27,220 bases of DNA, taken from Tubiluchus corallicola. Lineage: Eukaryota; Animalia; Priapulida. Positions 13,257 to 24,310 of the stretch are shown piece after piece. The notes under the pieces are model-generated. The model was given only the letters and a program-made list of their open reading frames with translations. It was not told where the DNA came from and did no database searches. Position 1 is the stretch's first letter. The number at the start of each line of letters is the position of its first letter. Location: the NCBI GenBank assembly GCA_030141605.1, contig JAQGDQ010001739.1:1-27220 (forward strand), read 5' to 3'. The position numbers and the translations under genes are program-made.

Positions 13257-13434
13257 GTTCAACTCTCTTCATTGCGAGGTGTATTCAGGTGCAGTAGAAC
13301 ACAATTTTAGTTCAACTCACTTCATTGCGAGGTGTATTCAGGTGCAGTTGAGTGTTTAGCGTGTAAATCGTACAACTCACTTCATTGCGAGGTGTATTCA
13401 GGTGCAGTTGAGTGTTTAGCGTGTAAATCGTACA
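13257..13434. repeat. 60-bp tandem repeat: two perfect copies (13313, 13373) plus one partial copy (13257-13295)
   Basis: caactcacttcattgcgaggtgtattcaggtgcagttgagtgtttagcgtgtaaatcgta occurs twice. Confidence 0.92.
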
Positions 13435-13675
13435 GAAGCAAAAACTAGCAAAACGCACGCAAGCTTGAGGGGGAAAGCTAAAATGGGGATTACCCAGGGT
13501 TGGCATTTGTAAGTTCAAGGTTTTTCCTCTTCTTGTCCCCATCTTGTGACAAGTTTTGTTTCACTTAGTTAGACCTGTGCAGAATTAGCTTGTGGTAGGT
13601 TCGTATGAGTTTCGTTGGGTAAAACTGACTGTTGGACAGGTCTGAATTAATTTTATTAGGTTAGATCTAGATAAG

Positions 13676-14233
13676 CAGGGTGCATAAGATTATGGATATG
13701 TATAAAATAAATAAACTAGCTTATTTTATGGATTTTTGAAATTTTATTTTATGGATAGCCATAAAATAAGAAATAGACTATATCTGGAACAAGATGCCCA
13801 GGGGGAAATCAATTAAAAAGTAAAAACAGGAGTGCTTGAAACATGTTTTTAAACACGCAGGACTTAGTTTTAATTTTATTAGTTTACAGAGAGTACGTCT
13901 CTGGTGGCTGGGTCTCTCAGTTGTTTTCAGACCGAACTCCAGCTCATGCTTTGGTTGAAACTTCGCCAACTTGATAACAAAAAGACAATGAGAAAAAAAC
14001 AATGTAAAATAGCAAATCCGGAAATGCGCTTTTGTTGGTTTGTTTTCTTTCTCTTTCTCTCTTTCTAACGTTCGTCTTCAGTGTTGCCAATGCTTACAAC
14101 TCGTTACTTTGTACAAAAAATCATAAAAAAAACATTTTTTATTTTATGCATTTCTTATTTTATGGATTTTTCAAATTTTATTTTATGGATTTTTGGTCTT
14201 ATTTTATGGATATCCATAATCTTATGCAGCCTG
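13676..14233. mobile_element. hAT-superfamily MITE, 558 bp
   Basis: TIRs cagggtgcataagattatggatat / atatccataatcttatgcagcctg (23/24 match, extending imperfectly to about 35 bp). Perfect 8-bp TSD tagataag at 13668-13675 and 14234-14241. Subterminal ttattttatgg motifs are repeated at both ends. Confidence 0.9.
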
Positions 14234-14975
14234 TAGATAAGCCAAATTAGGCAGGTGTTATACTTAATAGGTTCATGCGCTGCTATATTTACGCAAGTTG
14301 ATTCATATTTCTTGTTTAGATTGGATTGGATCGAATAAGATTGTGTTTGATTGGTCTGGTTTAAGTTAGATTAATTGGGTTAGGTGAATCCAGGGGATAG
14401 AATAAATTAGTTTCTTTGTCTCGGCAAGTCAGTGGGGTGTGGATGGGCTGGTTAGGAGGAAATAATTTCTCTGGTAAGTTGAAAGGATTCCACGCGTAAG
14501 ATTCTTAAGGGAAAAAAAGAGGATCGATTCGTGTAAGCAGGTGTTTTGCGTATAATTAGTGTGAAGTGCTCGATTTATAAGCAGGTGTTTTACCTACAAT
14601 TGGTGCGGAGTGCGGGTTTCTCGCTTTTTGAGTTTTTTCTTCCAAGTTACCAGGACATTTATTGTTGTCGTTGAATCCGTTTTTTCATCTAGTATGCTGT
14701 TTGTCGTTGTTATGGAATTCGAATGGACTGTATCATAAAAATTTAGAATGTGGTGTAGCTTTGTTGCAATGCCACAGTACAAAAACTGGCTATATGAACA
14801 ACGAGGACGAAAACTGGGTCACGGCGAAATAGACGGCTTCATATAGTTACAACGCAAATGAGTAACAGCAAAATGATCAGGGATTTTAAAATATGACAAG
14901 GAATAGTAAGGGGACGAGTAATCCAAAACGTTGAGTAGAGGCATGTAATTTTGGCTTCTATGAATTTAAATTGGT

Positions 14976-15180
14976 TGGGTGGCAGTAGGTAGAGCACCTG
15001 CCGTAGTAGTATTTAACACAGTAGAGTGGAGGAAAGAGTAAGGCAAAGTAGGAAAGAAGAGGGGTAGGGCAGAACCATTGTGTGGCAGTAGGTAGAGCAC
15101 CAGCCGTAATAGTAGTTATCACAGTAGAGTGGAGTAAGAATAAGGCAAAGCAAGAAAGAAGAGGGGTAGGGCAGAACCAT
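14976..15180. repeat. About 102-bp tandem duplication (mirror copy)
   Basis: Reverse complement of 12054..12258. Confidence 0.9.
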
Positions 15181-15653
15181 CTAAACTCACTACCTTCTCG
15201 TTAATACTAAATAATAAATGTGTGTACGTGTCACGCTAGCACTGGTAAAGATTGATAATGATTACATTGTAAGTCTCAGAAACACGTAACTTCATCGGGG
15301 AAAAGCGCCGAAGTTTCGATTGAAATAACGTAATTGTCTTTAGTTCCATTGCGGATGCTTTTATAGGTTTAACATTTGTCTTTATTGTTGATGAATGTCT
15401 TGGCACGAGCGCTTGAGCACTTCCATCTTTTGATGTCTCAGTGCAACGCAGACACGAGTAAGTCATAGATAATAGATGTGGTAACAAATCATAGTGCTGT
15501 AGTTTAAGATTTATGCTCAACGCGTGGATAGTTCGAGTTTATTACTGTGTTCGAGATTATGGAATGATTTACTTCACCGAATATGTAATTGTCTAGTTTT
15601 ATTAAATTACGACTTTTGTTATTTGAGTTGTGAATTTCACTCTATTGTTAACG

Positions 15654-15680
15654 CCATTGTCATCATCGTAATCATCATTG

Positions 15681-15729
<49 letters not shown>

Positions 15730-15792
15730 GGTCAATATCTTCGTCATCTTCATCATCATCGTCACCACCACCACCACCACCGCCATCATCAC
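15654..15792. repeat. (ATC)n/(ACC)n microsatellite (mirror copy)
   Basis: Directly visible. Confidence 0.9.
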
Positions 15793-15972
15793 CACCAGCA
15801 ACAGTAGCAGTATTATCAGTTGTCATTGTGACACTTTTAATTATAACAATGACTTTTCATCGTCATTGGTACAGTTAGTCATACTGTTAGCATTCTTGGT
15901 TTTGCAAAACTGATTAGGCTAGTAGTTCCTTCAAGAGGCTAGTTTACCTGTTTTGATGCTCCTTAAGTTTGG

Positions 15973-17700
15973 AGGTAAAGCTTGTTTATACTATTCTGTA
16001 TCTTACGAGAAACTTTATACAGGTAAAGCTTGTTTATACTATTCTGTATCTTACGAGAAACTTTATACAGGTAAAGCTTGTTTATACTATTCTGTATCTT
16101 ACGAGAAGCTGTATACAGGTAAAGCTTGTTTATGCTATTCTGTATCTTACGAGAAACTTTATACAGGTAAAGCTTGTTTATACTATTCTGTATCTTACGA
16201 GAAGCTGTATACAGGTAAAGCTTGTTTATACTATTCTGTATCTTACGAGAAGCTTTATACAGGTAAAGCTTGTTTATGCTATTCTGTATCTTACGAGAAA
16301 CTTTATACAGGTAAAGCTTGTTTATACTATTCTGTATCTTACGAGAAGCTGTATACAGGTAAAGCTTGTTTATACTATTCTGTATCTTACGAGAAGCTTT
16401 ATACAGGTAAAGCTTGTTTATGCTATTCTGTATCTTACGAGAAACTTTATACAGGTAAAGCTTGTTTATACTATTCTGTATCTTACGAGAAGCTGTATAC
16501 AGGTAAAGCTTGTTTATACTATTCTGTATATTACGAGAAGCTGTATACAGGTAAAGCTTGTTTATACTATTCTGTATCTTACGAGAAGCTGTATACAGGT
16601 AAAGCTTGTTTATACTATTCTGTATCTTACGAGAAGCTGTATACAGGTAAAGCTTGTTTATACTATTCTGTATCTTACGAGAAGCTGTATACAGGTAAAG
16701 CTTGTTTATACTATTCTGTATCTTACGAGAAGCTTTATACAGGTAAAGCATGTTTATGCTATTCTGTATCTTACGAAACTTTATACAGGTAAAGCTTGTT
16801 TATGCTATTCTGTATCTTACGAGAAGCTTTATACAGGTAAAGCTTGTTTATGCTATTCTGTATCTTACGAGAAGCTGTATACAGGTAAAGCTTGTTTATA
16901 CTATTCTGTATCTTACGAGAAACTGTATACAGGTAAAGCTTGTTTATACTATTCTGTATCTTACGGGAAACTTTATACAGGTAAAGCTTGTTTATACTAT
17001 TCTGTATCTTACGAGAAGTTGTATACAGGTAAAGCTTGTTTATACTATTCTGTATCTTACAAGAAGCTGTATACAGGTAAAGCTTGTTTATACTATTCTG
17101 TATCTTACGAGAAGCTGTATACAGGTAAAGCTTGTTTATACTATTCTGTATCTTACGAGAAACTTTATACAGGTAAAGCTTGTTTATACTATTCTGTATC
17201 TTACGAGAAGCTGTATACAGGTAAAGCTTGTTTATGCTATTCTGTATCTTACGAGAAACTTTATACAGGTAAAGCTTGTTTATGCTATTCTGTATCTTAC
17301 GAGAAACTTTATACAGGTAAAGCTTGTTTATACTATTCTGTATCTTACAAGAAGCTGTATACAGGTAAAGCTTGTTTATACTATTCTGTATCTTACGAGA
17401 AACTTTATACAGGTAAAGCTTGTTTATGCTATTCTGTATCTTACGAGAAGCTGTATACAGGTAAAGCTTGTTTATGCTATTCTGTATCTTACGAGAAGCT
17501 TTATACAGGTAAAGCTTGTTTATACTATTCTGTATCTTACGAGAAGCTGTATACAGGTAAAGCTTGTTTATACTATTCTCTATCTTACGAGAAGCTGTAT
17601 ACAGGTAAAGCTTGTTTAGACTATTCTGTATCTTACAAGAAACTTTATACAGGTAAAGCTTGTTTATACTATTCAGTATCTTACAAGAAACTTTATCAGG
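15973..17700. repeat. Minisatellite, 48-bp unit, about 36 copies (mirror copy)
   Basis: Unit caggtaaagcttgtttatactattctgtatcttacgagaagctgtata. Ends about 60 bp before the exon acceptor. Confidence 0.97.
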
Positions 17701-17760
17701 CTTGAAAAACTAGTTCTTAATACAGACCCGAATGTAATTTTCTGTTTTTATTTTCCACAG

Positions 17761-18037
17761 GTTTAAAGACCATTGTTACCGCATTGCTTCATTCTCTGCG
17801 GATGCTGGGTGAGGTGATGACGTTGACCGTCTTCTGCATGATGATCTTCGCCCTGTTCGCCCTGCAGGTCTACATCGGTGTCCTGCGGCAGAAGTGCGTG
17901 CTGAACATTCCGCCCGGATTCTGGGACGTCAGCGGAACCGCAGGAGAAGACCGCTGGACGGAGTGGATACAAGACGAATCGCATTGGTGGACGGTCGGCG
18001 ACGCTCCGGCCGTGTGCGGTAATGGAACGTATGCTAG
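17761..18037 (+). CDS. Nav2: Nav2-type (DSC1/NaCP60E-like) voltage-gated channel exon: domain I S4-S5 linker, S5, extracellular loop
   Basis: Acceptor ttttccacag|, donor AG|gtaatc. Encodes (G)LKTIVTALLHSLRMLGEVMTLTVFCMMIFALFALQVYIGVLRQKC...VCGNGTYA(R). ALLHS..L.EVMTLT.FC and FALFALQVY.G are, from recall, characteristic of invertebrate Nav2 channels. The phase-1 intron before GLKTIV is a conserved Nav position. Confidence 0.92.
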
Positions 18038-18095
18038 GTAATCCACATTGATTTGTTTTAATATCAATGTGCAAAAATGATTATGAAAATAAAAA

Positions 18096-18590
18096 CCACT
18101 GGGGGGGGGGGGGGGGCAAGCCAACCCAAGTCAGTGTCGGTCCCAAGCCCGGATAAATAGAGAGGGTTAGGGTCAGGAAGGGCATCCGCCTGTAAAAACT
18201 GCGCCAAAACCTTCTATGAATGAGACGGTGAGACTTAAAGGTAAAGTCCACAAAGAAGTGGTCAGACCCGCTCTAATCTATGGGCTGGAAGCAGCTTCTC
18301 TAAAGAAGACCGAAGAGAAGAAAATGGATGTGGTGGAGATGAGGATGTTGAGATGGATGGTGGGAATAACAAGAAGAGATAAAATTAGAAATAATAATAT
18401 CAGAAGAACAGGAAAAGTAGTGGAAGCCTCGCAAGATTGCGATGGTATGGACACCTGAAAAGAAGAGTCGGTGAAGATCATGTGGGAAGGGAAGACATAA
18501 ATGAAGAGATGGTCAACAACAGGAATGCGTGGAGAAGACTCATTCATAACCACGACCGTGCATAGGGAAAAGCTGGGAAGAAGAAGAAGA
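18096..18590 (+). mobile_element. Bipartite non-autonomous RTE-clade element
   Basis: 5' part ggtcccaagcccggataaa...gtcaggaagggcatccg is RTE 5'UTR-like. It is fused to an RTE ORF C-terminus (LKGKVHKEVVRPALIYGLE...EMRMLRWMVGITRRDKIRN) and ends in (GAA)n. Confidence 0.8.
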
Positions 18591-19698
18591 TTTAATTCTC
18601 TATCTGTACTGATTGAGGTGGTAGTTTTCTCTGTAGCTGTTTCTGTTCATTTACTTACAAGCGACTAAATTTTATTTATTTGTTTATTTATTTATTTATT
18701 TATTTATTATATACTTCCACAGCAACCATTACAGCATAGCACTTCAAAAAACTTTAATTGGTAATAACATATTTATTATGTACCCAAGGTACTAAGCTGC
18801 AAATCTATGCTGTAGTCCATCAAGCTTTACATTCGTACTTTCACTGAATATTGTCTTCTAATTGGTCATAAACTGCACACCTCATCTTGTAAATAATTCA
18901 TGCTCCCATGAGACTAGAATAAAAGTAAACCCTCCTGTAAAAGCATATTATTTGTGACTGTTGAACGACCTTGTGGATTTGAAATTTTTGCTTTTAGTAC
19001 ATGTTTGATTACCATGTGTGCTTACCCTGTAACAAAAGTTAGGCAACATTGAGTACGGGTCAGTGTGTAGATGGGTGACTGCTGGTTTCAGTAATATAAA
19101 TGCAATTCACTCTGTGCATTTTGTCCACCATACTGCCTATTTATCTCGTTAAATTAGCATTTTACAGCTGAAAAGTTAGTCCTAACTTTTTTACAAGGCA
19201 ATTTAATTTTAACTTCAGCGTACCTCTTTGCTCAGTCTAAGCTAGTTGAACACACGAGTGCAGCTGTTATGTAAATGCGTATAAGAAATAACTGTTTCAT
19301 TGCCATGACCGGGGTGTTAGCACTAATATAAATTTAGAGTTTCCATCTTTGAGTTTAAGTTGGCTTTTAAGTCTTAAAGCTGTCATGCAGGCATATATTT
19401 ATGCCTGTAATTAATGTGACTATATAAAGCTACCGCAGCTGTTATTAAAGATTTATAAATGTTTAATTATCAGCGTACTTAGCACCATGTAATTCGTATA
19501 GTGAAATATTAATAATAGGTAACTGGTTAATCATTATGGCCCACCAGTGGCTGATTTGTTTTCCTAGCACTTTGTTGTTTCATTCTGTGTCCAAAGTTTT
19601 TCTATCTGTGGCTTTTTTAATCACATTTGAACTGTATTTTTGATAGTGATGCAATAAAAATGATTTATGGCAACGTTCTCACTTCATTTTCTTCACAG

Positions 19699-19843
19699 GC
19701 CGTGTCCAGCAAATTTCACTTGCCTCAGCCACATTGGCGACAATCCAAACTTCGGTTATACCAACTTCGACGACTTCGGCTACGCCATGCTCACCTCTTT
19801 TCAACTCATCACTCTGGACTTTTGGGAGGATGTCTACAACAAG
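19699..19843 (+). CDS. Nav2: Nav2-type voltage-gated channel exon: domain I P-loop / selectivity filter
   Basis: Acceptor ttttcttcacag|, donor AAG|gtaaga. Joins the previous exon in frame (AG+G = Arg). Encodes NPNFGYTNFD..GYAMLTSFQLITLDFWEDVY, with the domain I filter Asp. Confidence 0.92.
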
Positions 19844-20331
19844 GTAAGATTGAAGATCAGTTTATTGACGGCAAAGCCGCCCCACCACCCGTTTCATCAC
19901 AACTTCTGAGTGCCTCTTTATTTATGGAAATCATTCGATACAAGGTAGTGGTCATTCAGCGTACAGTGTTGCAATAAAATGACAGAAATGAACCTAAAAT
20001 AGGTAAAGATTTCATAGGTACCTGTTAACCTTGTACTTGAATCCGGTAGTTAAGAAAGAAACAATTTTCTAGTAAAAATAATAGGCTCACTAATGGCAAA
20101 AAAAGTAAATTTATAAGTCATATGATTTCCAGGAACGTTTAGGATAAAATCATGGAAAACAGCAACAAAAAAACTAGTACCACGAATAAAGTGTCGGCAT
20201 TCAGAACTAGTAAATGAGATGTTCTGTATGCATTCTTACATATCGGTGGTGGTACATGAGATTTAATGTAGCGACTGACCTTCAATCAGCAAGATATTTC
20301 AGTGTCGACTGCAAATCAGACCTACCGAGAT

Positions 20332-21342
20332 ATGATATTTCAGTGTGTGCGACCTTTATGCGCTGTCATAGCTGTTGCCATTGCTATGATATTTCAGTGT
20401 GTACGACCTTTATGTTGCCATTGCTCTGATATTTCAGTGTGTGCGACATTTGTACGCTGTCATAGCTGTTGCCATTGCTCCAATATTTCAGTGTGGGCGA
20501 CTTTATATGCTGTCATAGCTGTTGCCATTGCTCCGATATTTGAGTGTGTGTGACCTTTATATGCTGTCATAGCTGTTGCCATTGCTCCGATATTTCAGTG
20601 TGTTCAACCTTTATACACTGTCATAGCTGTTGCCGTTGCTCCGATATTTCAGTGTGTGCGACCTTTATAAGCTGTCATAGCTGTTGCCATTGCTCCGATA
20701 TTTCAGTGTATGCGACCTCTATATGCTGTCATAGCTGTTGCCATTGCTCCTATATTTCAGTCTGTGGCACCTTTATATGCTGTCATAGCTGTTGCCATTG
20801 CTCTGATATTTCAGTGTGTACAACCTTTATACGCTGTCATAGCTGTTGCCATTGCTCCGATATTTCAGTCTGTGGCACCTTTATATGCTGTCATAGCTGT
20901 TGCCATTGCTCTGATATTTCAGTTTGTGCGACTTTTATACGCTGTCATAGCTGTTGCCATTGCTCTGATATTTCAGTCTGTGCGACTTTTGTACGCTGCC
21001 ATAGCTGTTGCCGTTGCTCCGATATTTCAGTCTGTGTGACCTTTGTACGCTGTCATAGCTGTTGCCATTGCTCTGATATTTCAGTCTGTGCGACCTTTAT
21101 ACGCTGTCATAGCTGTTGCCGTTGCTTCGATATTTCAGTGTGTGCGACTTTATAAGCTGTCATAGCTGTTGCCATTGCTCCGATATTTCAGTGTATGCGA
21201 CCTTTATACGCTGCCATAGCTGTTGCCGTTGCTCCGATATTTCAGTCTGTGGCACCTTTATATTCTGTCATAGCTGTTGCCATTGCTCCAATATTTCAGT
21301 GTATGCGACCTTTATACGCTGTCATAGCTGTTGCCTTTGCTC
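20332..21342. repeat. Minisatellite, 54-bp unit (mirror copy)
   Basis: Reverse complement of 5893..6903 except for one variant unit. Confidence 0.95.
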
Positions 21343-21910
21343 TTGATATTATTTTGCATTTTATTTATTCTTTGTCTTGTTTGTATTGTCTTAGTTGTCT
21401 TGCTGCTCTGTGAGGTGATCACGAAGTCTTGGTCATGCACACTTTCATTACAGGACAGTTTAATTCTTAAATGACAGTAACAGTAACAATGAATTATGAC
21501 AATGAAAAAAATCCCATTGTTAAAAAACCAGAGAAAAGAAAATCACAACATTTCAAATTGTCGCTGGAGTTTCTTTTAAACAACATTATTAATTACTTTT
21601 GATTTTTGATGTATTTTTTTCATGCAAAGGCTTTATTTTCGACAGAATTGAATGGAATGAACTTCCTTGCATTCAATTGCTTTTTTGATCATTTTGAAAT
21701 GAGTCTTACAAGCCATTTTTTTACTATAACATTTAATTAGCGTGAGCCTTAAAGTCTATATTTTACTATGATGTGTTCAATTACATTTGCTTGGGGCATT
21801 TTATCGCATGCTTATATTTCTATTGCAATCATTCCTATTGTAAACCTGTATTATAACACATCTAATGACAATAATTGTTCATTTCTGTGCTTTGCAAATA
21901 AATTATTGTG

Positions 21911-21945
21911 ATTATTATTATTATTATTATTATTATTATCATTAC

Positions 21946-22035
<90 letters not shown>

Positions 22036-22039
22036 CATT

Positions 22040-22080
<41 letters not shown>

Positions 22081-22097
22081 TATTATTATTATCATCA

Positions 22098-22182
<85 letters not shown>

Positions 22183-22326
22183 TATTATTATTATCATTAT
22201 TATTATTACTATTATTATTATTATTATTATTATCATCATCATCATCATCGTCATCATTATTATCATTATTATTATTATCATCATCATCATCATCATCATC
22301 ATTATTATTATCATTATTATTATTAC

Positions 22327-22363
<37 letters not shown>
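21911..22363. repeat. (ATT)n/(ATC)n microsatellite (mirror copy, 6 bp longer)
   Basis: Directly visible. Confidence 0.97.
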
Positions 22364-22365
<2 letters not shown>

Positions 22366-22964
22366 ATAAATTGCAGTGGTGGTTCAAAACGTTGTGTTAT
22401 TTCTCTTCTTTTTTCTTTGTTTGTTTTGTTTTTTTAATTCCTTCCCACTTTCGTTGTTTGTTCGTTTGTTTGTCTTTTCGTCTTTCTTGCTCTTGGCTAA
22501 ATTATTGAAATGAAGGAATTATTTCTGTAAACAATATTTTTCTGTAAGTTATTTGAAAACACATTCGTAAGTCCTTCATCACTTACGCTGATGCCTTGAT
22601 TAAATAGTAAATCACTCCTGTGGGAGACATCCATTCAGCGTGTCCAGTTCCGTTCGGATTTGTCGAACTTATCGGATTTTTCTCTGCCACTGTTAATCAG
22701 ATTACACAGATTTTCTAAACGAACCGCATGCTCTCCGTTTAAATAATCTATGACACTAAACAACTTTCCAAACTGGATAATGGATTTATCGATTAGGCTA
22801 GCCTGTGGGTTGTGACATTCTTGCTGAGCGCTTCCCAAAAACATTGACATCAATATCTGTGAGAATTTTTAATTACAAGCATTGAAATGATAAATAAAAG
22901 ATCTTACACTAAGGAAATAAATGTACAAAAAAAAATTACAACAAATTATTCTTTGTATTTATAT

Positions 22965-23220
22965 GTAAGTAAGTAAGTCAGTCAGTCAGTCAGTCAGTCA
23001 GTCAGTCAGTGAGTAAGTAAGTAAGTAAGTGAGTGAGTGAGTGAGTGAGTAAGTAAGTTTTATTAGTTTATCACCATTTTTATGATAGCAAAATACATAA
23101 CTAAGAGATTTATAAATCTATACAACATACAATAATATTACAAAGTCCATAAGTAATTATTGATTAGTGGTGAAAGGGTGGCAAAAGAACTATAAGTTAT
23201 CGAGGTCAGCCACCCTATCA
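22965..23220 (-). mobile_element. Probable LINE 3'-end remnant (mirror copy)
   Basis: Reverse complement of 4021..4276. Confidence 0.5.
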
Positions 23221-23544
23221 GGATTGTTACTAATATAATTAATTAGTTAATGCGCATGTACCGGGTAATTAAAAATTATCAGATTTTGCATTTAAGACGA
23301 ATGAAAATTGAATTATTATACGAATGTGTTAGTTTATAATAAAATAATGTTCAATAATGGGAAAGAAGAGACACACGTGACTATCTTTAAATAATAATTT
23401 AACCATTTACATAATATGTATAACACAATCACTGATTAAATGTAGAATACACAGTAATAGATAAATCACTAGTAATCAGAGTGTACTGAGTATGTACACA
23501 GAAGAACAGAAATAAGATTTCCATGTATATAAATGTAAATTTAC

Positions 23545-23863
23545 ATAAACTATTTGTAGTGTATTAATATGGAGAAAAGAAACTCCTTCTGGTGTGGTAT
23601 TAAAATGATAGGCATTTATATAAAAAATCTAATAAACTATTTGTAATGTATTAAGATGGAAAAAAGAAACTCCTTCAAGTGTGGTGTTAAAAGGGATAGA
23701 TATTTATATAAAAAATCTAATAAACTATTTGTAGTGTATTAAGATGGAAAAAAGAAACTCCTTCTAGTGTGGTGTTAAAAGGGATAGATATTTATATAAA
23801 AAATCTAATAAACTATTTGTAGTGTATTAAGATGGAAAAAGAAACTCCTTCAAGTGTGGTGTT

Positions 23864-23865
<2 letters not shown>
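23545..23865. repeat. About 87-bp tandem repeat (mirror copy)
   Basis: Reverse complement of 3376..3696 with two substitutions. Confidence 0.93.
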
Positions 23866-24234
<369 letters not shown>

Positions 24235-24310
24235 AATGTCCGACTATATTTTGTCCTCCGACATTTAACGTAAGCGAAAATAATTCCGAGACCCGAATTA
24301 TTAACAACAC

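Larger units (their letters stand above)
12765..14469. other. Unique spacer (loop) of the palindrome, about 1.7 kb
   Basis: No mirror ORFs in this interval. Contains a LINE remnant, a 60-bp repeat and a MITE. Confidence 0.93.

Noticed and set aside
13257-13434. CRISPR-like array (36-bp repeat x3)
   Set aside because: Two intervening segments are identical, so this is a tandem duplication. No cas genes, and the context is eukaryotic.
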